This document shows positions 1 through 9,592 of a stretch of DNA of 33,436 bases, one piece after another; within the stretch, counting starts at the first letter, position 1, and each line of letters opens with the position of its first letter. The DNA lies in sequence record SRR20825019_863; one strand, given 5' to 3'. Under the pieces are notes generated by a model. The model was not told where the DNA came from. It made no database searches and saw only the letters and a program-made list of their open reading frames with translations. The translations under genes and the position numbers were made by a program.

Positions 1-254
1 CCTTGCATAATCTAAGATAAGAATGATTATACATCGATTTAGTTGTGAATTTCGGAGTTTATTCACATTTTAGTTGTGCAACAGGCAGAAAGTCTAAACT
101 GCAGTTTAGCGACACGTTATGATCAATGAAATTTAACACCTGTTAACCTTCACCTATTGCATTATCTGATAACATTGTTCTCAAAATGCTAATCATGAAA
201 AAAACGGTTCTTAAATTGCAATGCGAATAGCTTAGAACCGTTATCCACACTATT

Positions 255-1148
255 ATGAAAATATTTCTATCGATATCAATTTTGATTATAAGTCAAACTG
301 GATTTAGCCAATTAAAATCAACCATCATCGATGCTGTATCAAAAGAGAAAATCCCGTATGTGAATGTTTGGATTAAAGATAAAAACATTGGCACAACTTC
401 TAATTTTGATGGGGAATTTCAATTAGCATGCAGTGTTTCAGATACCATCGTGTTTTCTGCGATTGGTTATGAAACAAAGAGAATTTGTTCTGATTCAATT
501 CCGAACCTTGTTGCCTTGACTCCAATTTTCTTAGAATTGAATGAGGTAGTTGTTTCAGGGCACAGAGAAAATCGTTCTCTAACAATAGGCGAGTTTAAAA
601 AATTAACCATCAACAACTTCTTCTCTTGTGGAATAAATCCTTGGATCTCGGCGCGGTACTTTCCGAGTGATACAGCCTACAATAAAACGAAATACTTAAA
701 TAAACTGAGATTGCTAACCAAAAGTCATCTGGACAATTCAAAATTTTACGTTCGGTTATACAAAGCTACTGAAGATGGAAAGCCTGGAGATTACTTGTTC
801 AATGATCCCATAATGGGAGTTGCGAAGAAAGGAAAGAAGATAACGGAAATAGATTTAACCGATTTGAATCTAAAATTCCCTGAACACGGTTTGTTTGTGG
901 CGATCGAATGGTTGATCATCGAAGAGAACAAATATGAATATCAATACACAGAAAATGAATCTAATAAAAAGCTTGTTCGAGTTTCCTACGAACCAAAAAT
1001 AGGTGTCATTGCCGCTGAAAATACTGAAAATAGTTGGATCTATATTCAGGGAAAGTGGGTTGAGATCATGCAAAATGATGATAACATGATGAAAAATTAT
1101 GCGAATAAGTACAATTTATTGGCATTAGAGCTCGAACTAAGGAATTAA
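255..1148 (+). CDS. Secreted carboxypeptidase-regulatory-like (CarbopepD_reg_2) domain protein
   Basis: Signal peptide followed by the typical Bacteroidota pattern IIDAVSKEKIPYVNV...GTTSNFDGEF...FSAIGYE...LNEVVV. Confidence 0.8.
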   Translation: MKIFLSISILIISQTGFSQLKSTIIDAVSKEKIPYVNVWIKDKNIGTTSNFDGEFQLACSVSDTIVFSAIGYETKRICSDSIPNLVALTPIFLELNEVVVSGHRENRSLTIGEFKKLTINNFFSCGINPWISARYFPSDTAYNKTKYLNKLRLLTKSHLDNSKFYVRLYKATEDGKPGDYLFNDPIMGVAKKGKKITEIDLTDLNLKFPEHGLFVAIEWLIIEENKYEYQYTENESNKKLVRVSYEPKIGVIAAENTENSWIYIQGKWVEIMQNDDNMMKNYANKYNLLALELELRN

Positions 1149-1162
1149 AAATGTGGGTAATA

Positions 1163-1762
1163 TCAGTGATTATTCTTTTTTAGAATTCCTTTCTCAACAC
1201 TTTCATTAAGAAGTTGTACCGCGAAATTCCAAATACTATTTGATCCTTCTTTTATGACGCTCTTTTTTTGATAAACTTTCTCAAAGCTCACGTCAAATTC
1301 TTTCCAGGTTCCACCATTATTCGAAGTGTTTTGAAGTAAAGGTTCTAATCTGTCCATTGCCTTGGCAAATTGAGCTTCGCTTGTTTCACCAGCTTCGAAT
1401 TCTTCCCAGATTTCAATCAACTCTTCTGCCTGTTCTTTTGGAAGTAACCCGAAAATTCGGTTTGCTGCCAATCTTTCCTCATTCGTGTTAGAGTGATTCT
1501 TTTGGGTGTCGTAAATAAATGTATCGCCAGCATCAATCTCAACGATGTCATGAATCAGAACCATTTTAATCACTTTCAACAAATCAATAGATGCGTTGGA
1601 ATGTTCCATCAATACAATCGCCATCAAAGCTAAATGCCAACTATGTTCAGCATCATTTTCATTTCTGTCACTATTGAATAGCTTCGTTTTTCGCTGAATG
1701 TATTTGATTTTGTCAATTTCCTTAATAAAGTTGATTTGCTTCAATAAGTTTTCTGAGACCAT
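1163..1762 (-). CDS. HD-domain phosphohydrolase (YfbR/HDDC2-like 5'-deoxynucleotidase family)
   Basis: Motifs ENDAEHSWH, LIHDIVEIDAGD, WEEFE and DRLEP. Start moved from 1831 to the ATG at 1762 (MVSENLLKQ) because a TATCTTTG -7 box lies at 1781-1788 on the minus strand. Confidence 0.85.
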   Translation of the reverse strand: MVSENLLKQINFIKEIDKIKYIQRKTKLFNSDRNENDAEHSWHLALMAIVLMEHSNASIDLLKVIKMVLIHDIVEIDAGDTFIYDTQKNHSNTNEERLAANRIFGLLPKEQAEELIEIWEEFEAGETSEAQFAKAMDRLEPLLQNTSNNGGTWKEFDVSFEKVYQKKSVIKEGSNSIWNFAVQLLNESVEKGILKKNNH

Positions 1763-2010
1763 TTGTTCACGGATTTTTTGCAAAGATAATTCAATTGAAG
1801 AAATCATCAGGAGAGCACACTTCTTTGACAAGATGATTGAATGCCTGTTTTTGTATTAGAGATCTCGCTAGAGAAACGAGATTCGATTGACTTTTCTTTA
1901 TGCCAGTTTCGAGACAATAATGAAACAGTGAAAAAAAAATGCTCCCAAATGTGACCAACTCCATGATTCCCCGTCAAAAGAATAAACAATAACAAATAGA
2001 TTAAATAAAC

Positions 2011-2226
2011 ATGAAAGCAATCCTCACCATTTTAGCACTTCTTATTATCGGATTTATCGTGTTATTCGTACTTGAAAACTCTGAAATAGTTGAACTCGGT
2101 TTACTTGGAAACAAAATGAGTTTGCCAATTTCTTTCGTCGGAATCGGGTTTTATATTATCGGAGCATTGTCAGGAGCTTCGATCGTTAGAATTCTCAAGA
2201 AAGGTCTCAAAAAAGAAGAAGAATAA
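2011..2226 (+). CDS. Small two-TM membrane protein, LapA/DUF1049-like
   Basis: Two hydrophobic segments flank ENSEIVELGLLG...LP; charged C-terminal tail; A-rich leader before the ATG. Confidence 0.6.
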   Translation: MKAILTILALLIIGFIVLFVLENSEIVELGLLGNKMSLPISFVGIGFYIIGALSGASIVRILKKGLKKEEE

Positions 2227-2338
2227 CCAACTCAACCTTGAAAATACGACGAAAATAATTTCACTCATTTCTCAACAAAAATTACTCTAGAAAACATTTT
2301 TTTAGGATTCGTAGAGACATCTATTAACAGAACCAAGT

Positions 2339-2998
2339 ATGAAACAAAGCGTAAAAATTAACAAAATAGAAACAGTAAATGAACTCAACTTCTATTGGTA
2401 TGATGATGATTATTTACAACTTTTAGAAGTGTTCGGTTTTCCAAATGCAGCTGAATTAAAGCCATCAGAGCGTTTAGAATATTTGCTGATGGCGATAGCG
2501 GACGTTGAGCCTTCGGAAGCTGCTCAAATCTTGTTAGAATATAAGTTGAAAGATCACTTGAATGAAGGACAAATTCAAAACCTGTCGCATCAAATGTTGG
2601 AAGACAAAGTTGCTGAAGAATATCCCGATCCTGCGCTTCATTTTGATCTCTTCAATATCAATCAATTACTCTTCAAAGCGTTCAATGGTACTTTTCTCAA
2701 TACCGAAGCTTCTATAATGACATTAACGTACGGAAATGAACTGCCGCTAGAATTGAACAGTGAATACCTCATGAAAACGCTAGCTGCAGGTTTGAAAGAG
2801 AACAGTTTGATTCTAAGACTTTTTGAAGATCAACTAAACGGTATTGAACCATTTGGCGACGCACACAAGGTCATTTGGAATTTCAAAAAAATCACTGAAA
2901 CAACCGTGGAAATTATCACCTCGAAATACTGGGTCGAGGATAACGATTTTGCCCAACTGGAATTTGAATCTGAGATCATTTATCACGAAGAAGGATAG
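2339..2998 (+). CDS. Hypothetical acidic cytoplasmic protein
   Basis: 219-aa ORF with normal protein composition; no family recognised. Confidence 0.7.
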   Translation: MKQSVKINKIETVNELNFYWYDDDYLQLLEVFGFPNAAELKPSERLEYLLMAIADVEPSEAAQILLEYKLKDHLNEGQIQNLSHQMLEDKVAEEYPDPALHFDLFNINQLLFKAFNGTFLNTEASIMTLTYGNELPLELNSEYLMKTLAAGLKENSLILRLFEDQLNGIEPFGDAHKVIWNFKKITETTVEIITSKYWVEDNDFAQLEFESEIIYHEEG

Positions 2999-3195
2999 GA
3001 AAATTACAGAATTAAGTTGGCGTTTATATTAATCATTCTGGGAATCACTTTTGTGTTAACAAATCAACTATTAACCTCCGAGACCACGATGTACTGAATT
3101 GACGATAGGTTTCTTTGGCAAATAGAAGGATTTAATGACGTGTCAACAATATTCGTTGTACCTTACAGAAGACAAGTTCTTTAAATCTGAAAAAT

Positions 3196-3756
3196 ATGAA
3201 ACTGTACGTTCAGAACATGGTGAGTTTACGGTGTAAAATGAAAGTAGAGGAAGAGCTGAGGCTTCTGAATATGGACTACATAAGTGTCGATCTCGGCAGT
3301 ATTGAATTCATGAAAGAAATCACGAAAGAACAGCGATTGTCTTTAGATAAAAATCTATCAATTTCAGGTTTACAGCTTATTGACGACAAGAACAGCGTGC
3401 TCATCGAGAGAATAAAAACGGCGATCATTGAGCTAATTCATCATTCAGAAAACGTACCAAGAGTCAATTATTCTGATTATCTAGCAGAAAAATTGGGATA
3501 CAATTATACCTATTTGTCGAACGCCTTCTGTAAGAAAAAGGGAATCACAATTCAACAGTTCATTATCAATCACAAGATCGAAAAGGTGAAGCAGCTTTTG
3601 CTCAATAAAGGAAACACGCTAACGGAAATTGCACATCGGTTAGATTATAGTAGTGTTTCACATCTTTCGAATCAATTTAAAAAAATTACAGGACTCACAC
3701 CTTCGGTATACAGAAGCAGAAAGGGAGTAATATCAGAAAACCTTGAAAAGCTGTGA
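3196..3756 (+). CDS. AraC-family transcriptional regulator (Bacteroidota type with N-terminal NMVSxRC segment)
   Basis: C-terminal AraC HTH LTEIAHRLDYSSVSHLSNQFKKITGLTPS. Confidence 0.9.
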   Translation: MKLYVQNMVSLRCKMKVEEELRLLNMDYISVDLGSIEFMKEITKEQRLSLDKNLSISGLQLIDDKNSVLIERIKTAIIELIHHSENVPRVNYSDYLAEKLGYNYTYLSNAFCKKKGITIQQFIINHKIEKVKQLLLNKGNTLTEIAHRLDYSSVSHLSNQFKKITGLTPSVYRSRKGVISENLEKL

Positions 3757-3760
3757 TTTA

Positions 3761-3786
3761 TGTAACATTTGATCAGTCAAGTGTAA
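3761..3786 (+). promoter_or_regulatory. TGTAA direct repeat with 21-bp period, candidate AraC site
   Basis: TGTAA at 3761-3765 and 3782-3786, just after the AraC stop and upstream of a -7-like TACCTTGT at about 3809-3816. Confidence 0.35.
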
Positions 3787-3856
3787 TACTTCATCCTCGA
3801 TAAGGAATTACCTTGTAGAAATGTGCGGTGCGTTGTACCGACAAAAATTAGAATTG

Positions 3857-3985
3857 ATGGCCAAAGAAAAAGAAGGTAAAGCCAAGAACACCAAAACGGC
3901 TCCTACCATGAACCTAAAAGAAAAACGAGCAGCAAAGGCTGCAAAAAAGAATAAGAAATCATCATCTTCAGGAAGTATAGACTAA
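3857..3985 (+). CDS. Small Lys/Ala-rich basic protein, 42 aa, absent from the ORF track
   Basis: MAKEKEGKAKNTKTAPTMNLKEKRAAKAAKKNKKSSSSGSID*; its TAA overlaps the next ATG (TAATG at 3983-3987). Confidence 0.7.
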   Translation: MAKEKEGKAKNTKTAPTMNLKEKRAAKAAKKNKKSSSSGSID

Positions 3986-4176
3986 TGGCAAATTCAGGAA
4001 AATATCAAGTAGGTACAATTGTATTTGCTAAATCTATTCCCGACGAGGAATTAATCATTAAGCGCTTTTCTACCGAAATGTATTACTGTAAGTTGGCAGA
4101 CAATTCCGATCCCGCAGATTTGGTGTACTTCGAAAGCGAATTAATGACCCTCGCCGAAAAAAGAGAATTGATTTAA
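3985..4176 (+). CDS. Small hypothetical protein, 63 aa (KYQVGTIV, possible SH3/KOW-like beta barrel)
   Basis: Start overlaps the upstream small ORF stop; followed by a terminator. Confidence 0.7.
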   Translation: MANSGKYQVGTIVFAKSIPDEELIIKRFSTEMYYCKLADNSDPADLVYFESELMTLAEKRELI

Positions 4177-4183
4177 AGAATAG

Positions 4184-4220
4184 AATATGAGCAGAGAGTT
4201 CATGCTCTGCTCATATTTTT
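4184..4220 (+). terminator. Rho-independent terminator
   Basis: AATATGAGCAGAG-agttcatg-CTCTGCTCATATT followed by TTT. Confidence 0.85.
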
Positions 4221-4313
4221 ATGAATTCTATGTACTTCCTTGAAATGAGCAGTAATAATGGAGTTCGATTACTCTCTTAAAACAGTGATACTGAACTTTA
4301 CACAACAAAAAAA

Positions 4314-4369
4314 TTAAGTAAACTTTAAGGTTCAAATCGAGCATTTCTCCCAAATAAAGTGAACTTTTG
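4314..4369 (+). promoter_or_regulatory. OmpR-type direct repeat TTAAG-N6-TTAAG plus -7 box
   Basis: TTAAG at 4314 and 4325; AACTTTTG at 4362, 37 nt after the start of the second half-site. Confidence 0.7.
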
Positions 4370-4373
4370 CACT

Positions 4374-5042
4374 ATGCGCGTGTTAATCGTTGAGGATGAA
4401 GTAGGGATTGCGAACTTTTTAAAACAAGGTTTGGAGGAAGAGTCGTTCGCTGTAGATGTTGCTCTCGCAGGAAATGAGGGACTTAACCTAGCGCTTTCTG
4501 GAGAGTATGATCTCCTGATCCTCGATTGGATGCTTCCTGAAAAAAGCGGAATTGAAATCTGTACAGAGTTTAGAAAGGAATTTAAAGATACTCCTGTTCT
4601 TTTTCTAACGGCAAAAGATACTGTGGATGAGGTGGTCTTTGGATTAAAAGTGGGCGCTAATGATTACATAAAAAAACCATTTCATTTTGAGGAATTACTT
4701 CAACGAATCAGGGTTCAATTAAGAACTAAATCCGAGGAAACTGACCTGATATCTTTGGGGACGATCCAAATGGATTTGTCGGCGCATCGGGTGACGAAAA
4801 ATTCAGAAGAGATAACGCTCACACAAAAGGAGTTCGCGTTGTTGGAAATGCTCATTCGCAACAAGGGAAAAGTATGCACTAGAACTCGGATCATTGAGAG
4901 TGTTTGGGACATTCATTTTGAGTACAATACAGGAGTAATCGACGTGTACATTAACGCGTTGAGAAAGAAATTGAAGCTTTCAGAAGAAGAAAACTATATT
5001 CAAACCCTTCGAGGAATTGGATACATCGCGAAAGAGCTATGA
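4374..5042 (+). CDS. OmpR/PhoB-family response regulator (CusR/CzcR-like)
   Basis: MRVLIVEDE, DLLILDWMLP, FLTAKD, GANDYIKKPF; winged helix VIDVYINALRKK...IQTLRGIGY. ATG 4374 preferred over GTG 4359. Confidence 0.93.
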   Translation: MRVLIVEDEVGIANFLKQGLEEESFAVDVALAGNEGLNLALSGEYDLLILDWMLPEKSGIEICTEFRKEFKDTPVLFLTAKDTVDEVVFGLKVGANDYIKKPFHFEELLQRIRVQLRTKSEETDLISLGTIQMDLSAHRVTKNSEEITLTQKEFALLEMLIRNKGKVCTRTRIIESVWDIHFEYNTGVIDVYINALRKKLKLSEEENYIQTLRGIGYIAKEL

Positions 5043-6424
5043 ATTTTAGTTTCAAACAACGTATAGCGACTCATTTTATGCTGGCTACAGCAATCATTAT
5101 TGCAGTAGTTTTTGGGATTGTGTATTTCATTGTTCAACAAACAGTTTACAACAATATCGACGAGGACCTCAATTTCGAGGCAAACAAGCACACCTTCGAA
5201 ATTGAAATGGAGGAATCCAATATTAGATTTAGAGATAAAGACGAATGGGAGGAACATGAACATAAGGAAGTTCAAGTAAATCCAGTATTTATCCAATTAA
5301 TGAATACGGCCGGTGAACTCATGGATAAATCACCGAACTTAAAAGAAAACCGACTGACGTTTAAAGATCAAACTCAATTTGGGGATCACTTTAATTCTAA
5401 GCTCAATAAACGATCTATTCGGCAGGTCCAAATACCGATTCTCAAAAATGGAGCGGTGAAAGGATACATCGTTGCGGCAATGTCCTTGGATGCCTCACTC
5501 ATGGTTTTGGCAAATCTTCGAAATACACTGTTCATTTTATATCCAATTGTGTTAGTTGGATTGTTTTTTATCTCTTCATTCCTTGCTGGACGAAGCATTA
5601 TCCCAGTGGTTTCGATTATCAATACAACTAATCGAATTACAAAAAACAACCTCAATGAACGCGTCGATTTGCCTAAGAATTATGACGAACTCTATGACTT
5701 ATCAAGTTCGATCAATGCTCTCTTGGAACGAATAGAAAGTGCGATAGAAAGAGAAAAGCAGTTCACTTCTGATGCTTCACATGAGCTAAGAACACCGCTT
5801 TCTGTACTTCGCGGAACTTTGGAAGTATTGGTGCGCAAAGAACGAACAACGCGCGAATACGAAGAGAAAATTAACTACAGTCTAACAGAAATTGATCGGA
5901 TGGCGACCATTATTGATCAGTTACTCGAGCTCGCACGTTTTGATACTCGATCAGACAAAAATAATGATGAGCATGTTCCATTAATTTCGGTGGTTGATCA
6001 GGTAATCAATCAATTGAGTGAACAAATCCTCAAGAATGATCTTTCGGTACAGTTCAATTTTGATGATTTCAATGATGATTTTTTAGTGAATGAGTTCAGA
6101 ACCCGCTTAATTCTAGAGAATCTGTTGACGAATGCCATAAAATACTCTCATCCAAATGGAAGTATTGAGATTCAACTTCAGAAGAATAGCGAAGGAGTTG
6201 AGTGTATCATTCAAGATCATGGAATTGGAATCAAAAGCGAGGACTTGAGTAAGATTTTTACACCATTCTTTCGTTCAGATGCATTGGAGCATAAATCGAT
6301 CAAGGGAGTCGGATTGGGACTGTCTATTGTTCAGAAAGCAGCCTCTTCCATTGGAGCTGCGATCGATATCTCAAGTGATTTGGGGGTGGGGACAAGAGTA
6401 TCTATCCAATTTAAAGGATTTTAA
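5039..6424 (+). CDS. Sensor histidine kinase (two TM, HAMP, HisKA, HATPase)
   Basis: FTSDASHELRTPL H-box, NLLTNAIKYS, DHGIGI, GVGLGLSIV; ATGA overlap with the regulator. Confidence 0.95.
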   Translation: MNFSFKQRIATHFMLATAIIIAVVFGIVYFIVQQTVYNNIDEDLNFEANKHTFEIEMEESNIRFRDKDEWEEHEHKEVQVNPVFIQLMNTAGELMDKSPNLKENRLTFKDQTQFGDHFNSKLNKRSIRQVQIPILKNGAVKGYIVAAMSLDASLMVLANLRNTLFILYPIVLVGLFFISSFLAGRSIIPVVSIINTTNRITKNNLNERVDLPKNYDELYDLSSSINALLERIESAIEREKQFTSDASHELRTPLSVLRGTLEVLVRKERTTREYEEKINYSLTEIDRMATIIDQLLELARFDTRSDKNNDEHVPLISVVDQVINQLSEQILKNDLSVQFNFDDFNDDFLVNEFRTRLILENLLTNAIKYSHPNGSIEIQLQKNSEGVECIIQDHGIGIKSEDLSKIFTPFFRSDALEHKSIKGVGLGLSIVQKAASSIGAAIDISSDLGVGTRVSIQFKGF

Positions 6425-6476
6425 GATGATCTTAAGATTTCTAGGTTGATGAAGGAATTAGGTTTAAGTACTTTTG
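6421..6476 (+). promoter_or_regulatory. OmpR-type direct repeat TTAAG-N6-TTAAG plus -7 box
   Basis: TTAAG at 6421 and 6432; TACTTTTG at 6469 (37-nt offset). Confidence 0.7.
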
Positions 6477-6496
6477 TTTCAAAATTATAATTTATT

Positions 6497-6943
6497 ATGA
6501 AACAGAGAGTTATAGGGTTTTCGTTGGCCTTTTTCGGTGTGATTTGTTCAAGTTTTCTTTTCATCTCATGTAAAAAAGTAAAAACGAAATCAGTAGAAAA
6601 AACTGTTATTGAAGGAACATGGAAGATTGCGAATCTGACAGATGACGGAGAGGATGAAACTTATTATTTTACAGGATATTCGTTTGATTTCAATTCAGAT
6701 GGAAATGTGATTGCAACAAATGGTTCATCAACAGTTTCTGGAACTTGGTCTGTTTCTAAGGATAATAGTAACGACGATAGTTCGAGTGATGTTGATTTTA
6801 ACTTATCTTTTCCTGAAACCAACAATTTCGATGAGCTAAATGACGATTGGGATATCGTTTTGCAAAATGATAACACGCTTGAATTAAAAGATGTAAGCGG
6901 AGGAAACGGTGGAACGGACTTGTTGACGTTTTCTAAAAATTAA
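6497..6943 (+). CDS. Lipoprotein with lipocalin-like beta-barrel domain
   Basis: Lipobox FISC followed by KK; GTWKI and GTWSV motifs; acidic mature part. Confidence 0.75.
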   Translation: MKQRVIGFSLAFFGVICSSFLFISCKKVKTKSVEKTVIEGTWKIANLTDDGEDETYYFTGYSFDFNSDGNVIATNGSSTVSGTWSVSKDNSNDDSSSDVDFNLSFPETNNFDELNDDWDIVLQNDNTLELKDVSGGNGGTDLLTFSKN

Positions 6944-6958
6944 TCAAAAACAAAATTT

Positions 6959-9520
6959 ATGAATAAAGGACTTATAGTTCTAATGTACCTGGTATGCCAA
7001 ATTTTCTCAGCTCATGTTTACAGTCAGAGCTGGACAGGAAATGTTAGCTCGGATTGGAATAATCAAGCAAACTGGAGTTCTCCACCGTCCAATGGATCTG
7101 ATCTCACAATTAGTTCTGGAGGAGCATTTCAACCTTCAATTTCAGCTAATTCAACATTTTCCCCAGCGACAATTACTGTCCAAAATGGAGGTGTTTTAAC
7201 TATTGGAGCAAACTTAACAACAAGTGATGATGTTGAATGCCTTGGCGTTAATTCGCAAATCATCATGAATGCAGGAAATGTTTCAATAAACCCTGGCGGT
7301 GGAGGAAGATTGATTATCGATTTGGGAAGTTCAATGACGATCACAGGTGGAAATTTATCCGTTGATGAACGATTTATCGCTGGACCAGATGCTTTAATTA
7401 CGATCACAAATGGAAATGTGACATCTGGAGAACGTTTGTTGATGGATGCAGGTGGAAGATTTATACAAGATGGTGGAACAGTGAGTGTTGCGCAAACTTT
7501 TGCCGCAGCTGATGGATCACTTATAAATAATTCGGGGTACACGCTAAATAGCGGAAGTTTGACCGTAACGGGTGAAATGGCTTTTGAAAATGAGGCTGGA
7601 AATTTTGAGCCCTATTTTATTCAGAATGGAGGGAGCTTAACCTTGAATGGAGATTTAATATGGTTCGGAGAAATCCCTGGATCTGGAACTCCACGATTTA
7701 TTGCGAATGCCGGACAAACAACCATTAATGGAATCGTTCATAACCTGGCAGGAAGTACAGTGAATTTATACCTTAACATTGGCGGAACTTCTACGTTTAC
7801 GATGAACGGTCCACTTATGGAGACAATCAATCTAACGGATAGTATCTTGCAAACTGGCGGATCGTTTAGTTGGAATGGAACGAATCAAATAATCAATTCA
7901 GGTGTATTCTTTGTCTCTGATTCTACAACAATATTTAATGGTACAACTTCGCTTACGGGTACTGGTTCGTATCAGTTTCATCATGTAAACATTCCAACGG
8001 GAGGAACATTAACGCAAGTGAGTCCTACACAGATTGGCATTAGCGGAAATGTAATTCACAATGGAAGCTTTGTACCTAATCAAAATTTGGTGATTCTAAA
8101 TGGAACGTTAGCTCAGACAATTTCTGGAGCGAATGAGGTTCTATTGAATGATTTGACAATTCAAAATGGATCGTTAACTGGAGTGAGTTTGGGTGTTCCT
8201 ATTTCAGTTTCAGGATACTTGAATTTAATGAATGGAAAGGTCAACTCATCTTCGGGAGCATTGGTGAAATTATTAGACAAAGCGCTTTCAAGTTCGGGAA
8301 ATCAAAACAGTTTTGTGAACGGACCTTGCTTGAAAATTGGAAATGATGCATTTGTATTTCCCATCGGAAAGAATGATCGATGGAGAAGATTGAGTGTTTC
8401 TGCTCCAACTGGAGTCACAGATAATTTCATTGCAGAATATTTTGACAATTCATTTAGTAGTATTTCTCCAGTTAATTCTCCCTTGTCTGGAGTATCAAAC
8501 ATAGAGTACTGGAACTTAGAGCAAACAATTGGAACTTCCGATGTGAGTGTGAATCTGTTTTGGGAAGATGCCAGTCAAAGTGCCATTGCGGATTGCAACG
8601 ACATATCCATCGCTCATTGGGACGGTGTTAGTTGGGAAAATATATTTTCTACTGCTCAAGGTAGTTGTACTGGAAATGGAAGTGGAGATCTCGTATCGAC
8701 GAATGTACTGTCAAATTTGGGAGTTTTTACCTTTGGATTCTTTTCCGGAGTAACGACTCAAAATATTACAATTTGTCAGGGAGATACTTTGCAGGTGGGA
8801 ACGAACAGTTATTTTACCAACGGAACGTATATCGACTACTTGCAGGATCAAAATATGAATGACAGCACCGTAATTACGAACTTAAATGTTCTCGCTCCGC
8901 AATTTACAGCAAATGCACATTCGATTTGTGAAGGAGATCAAGTTGTTGTTGGAACAAACATTTATACCGCTGAAGGAACTTACCTCGATACGCTTCAGAA
9001 TGTATCAGGATGTGATAGCATTGTTGAATCAACGATTGTGATGATTCTTCCAGACACTTCTGTCACTCTCAGTGGAATTATTCTTTCGAGCAACAATAGT
9101 TCGGCGACATCCTTTTTATGGCTGGATTGCTCCAACAATTTCACTCCGATTATTGGAGAAAGTCAAAACTCATTTACACCTACGATAAATGGAAGTTACG
9201 CATTGGTTGTTACAGAGAATGGCTGCGTTGATACTAGTTCCTGTTACACGATTAATAGTGTTGGGCTAGAAGAAATAGAACCGAATGATTTTTCTGTATT
9301 TCCAAATCCAACAAGTGGAGTTATATATTTGAAAAGCAATAAGGCAAAGGCAGTCCAGATTAGACTACTTAATTTAATGGGAGAAATTCTATTGGAGCAA
9401 AACGAAGAAAGTTTCACGAAATTGGAGTTGGAAATCGAGCAGCAACCTGGAATATACTTTATACAAATCATCGATTTAAGTACGAATCATGTAACCACTT
9501 TTCCAATTGTAAAGGAATAA
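6959..9520 (+). CDS. T9SS type-A sorting domain protein with Gly/Asn/Thr-rich beta-helix-like passenger
   Basis: Signal peptide; WTGNVSSDWNNQANWS start; C-terminal FSVFPNPTSG...GIYFIQI...IVKE sorting domain. Confidence 0.88.
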   Translation: MNKGLIVLMYLVCQIFSAHVYSQSWTGNVSSDWNNQANWSSPPSNGSDLTISSGGAFQPSISANSTFSPATITVQNGGVLTIGANLTTSDDVECLGVNSQIIMNAGNVSINPGGGGRLIIDLGSSMTITGGNLSVDERFIAGPDALITITNGNVTSGERLLMDAGGRFIQDGGTVSVAQTFAAADGSLINNSGYTLNSGSLTVTGEMAFENEAGNFEPYFIQNGGSLTLNGDLIWFGEIPGSGTPRFIANAGQTTINGIVHNLAGSTVNLYLNIGGTSTFTMNGPLMETINLTDSILQTGGSFSWNGTNQIINSGVFFVSDSTTIFNGTTSLTGTGSYQFHHVNIPTGGTLTQVSPTQIGISGNVIHNGSFVPNQNLVILNGTLAQTISGANEVLLNDLTIQNGSLTGVSLGVPISVSGYLNLMNGKVNSSSGALVKLLDKALSSSGNQNSFVNGPCLKIGNDAFVFPIGKNDRWRRLSVSAPTGVTDNFIAEYFDNSFSSISPVNSPLSGVSNIEYWNLEQTIGTSDVSVNLFWEDASQSAIADCNDISIAHWDGVSWENIFSTAQGSCTGNGSGDLVSTNVLSNLGVFTFGFFSGVTTQNITICQGDTLQVGTNSYFTNGTYIDYLQDQNMNDSTVITNLNVLAPQFTANAHSICEGDQVVVGTNIYTAEGTYLDTLQNVSGCDSIVESTIVMILPDTSVTLSGIILSSNNSSATSFLWLDCSNNFTPIIGESQNSFTPTINGSYALVVTENGCVDTSSCYTINSVGLEEIEPNDFSVFPNPTSGVIYLKSNKAKAVQIRLLNLMGEILLEQNEESFTKLELEIEQQPGIYFIQIIDLSTNHVTTFPIVKE
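8771..9040 (+). repeat. Two tandem ~51-aa repeats inside the T9SS protein
   Basis: ICQGDTLQVGTNSYFTNGTYIDYLQ...DS and ICEGDQVVVGTNIYTAEGTYLDTLQ...CDS start at 8771 and 8924 (153-nt period). Confidence 0.75.
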
Positions 9521-9540
9521 TTTAAACTAGATACGAAATG

Positions 9541-9570
9541 AACCCCAATTGTTTTTCAGTTGGGGTTTTA
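9541..9570 (+). terminator. Rho-independent terminator
   Basis: AACCCCAA-ttgtttttcag-TTGGGGTT followed by TTATGTTT. Confidence 0.75.
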
Positions 9571-9592
9571 TGTTTAGTAGTCTAGCAAAGTC

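Noticed and set aside
1-60. Fur-box-like AT-rich sequence (GATAAGAATGATTAT)
   Set aside because: Poor match to the 19-bp consensus, expected by chance in AT-rich DNA, and the context is cut by the window edge.
1763-1995. N-terminal extension of the HD protein to 1831 and the ORF at 1807-1995
   Set aside because: A -7 promoter box at 1781-1788 falls inside the extension, and the upstream ORF has no protein-like features.
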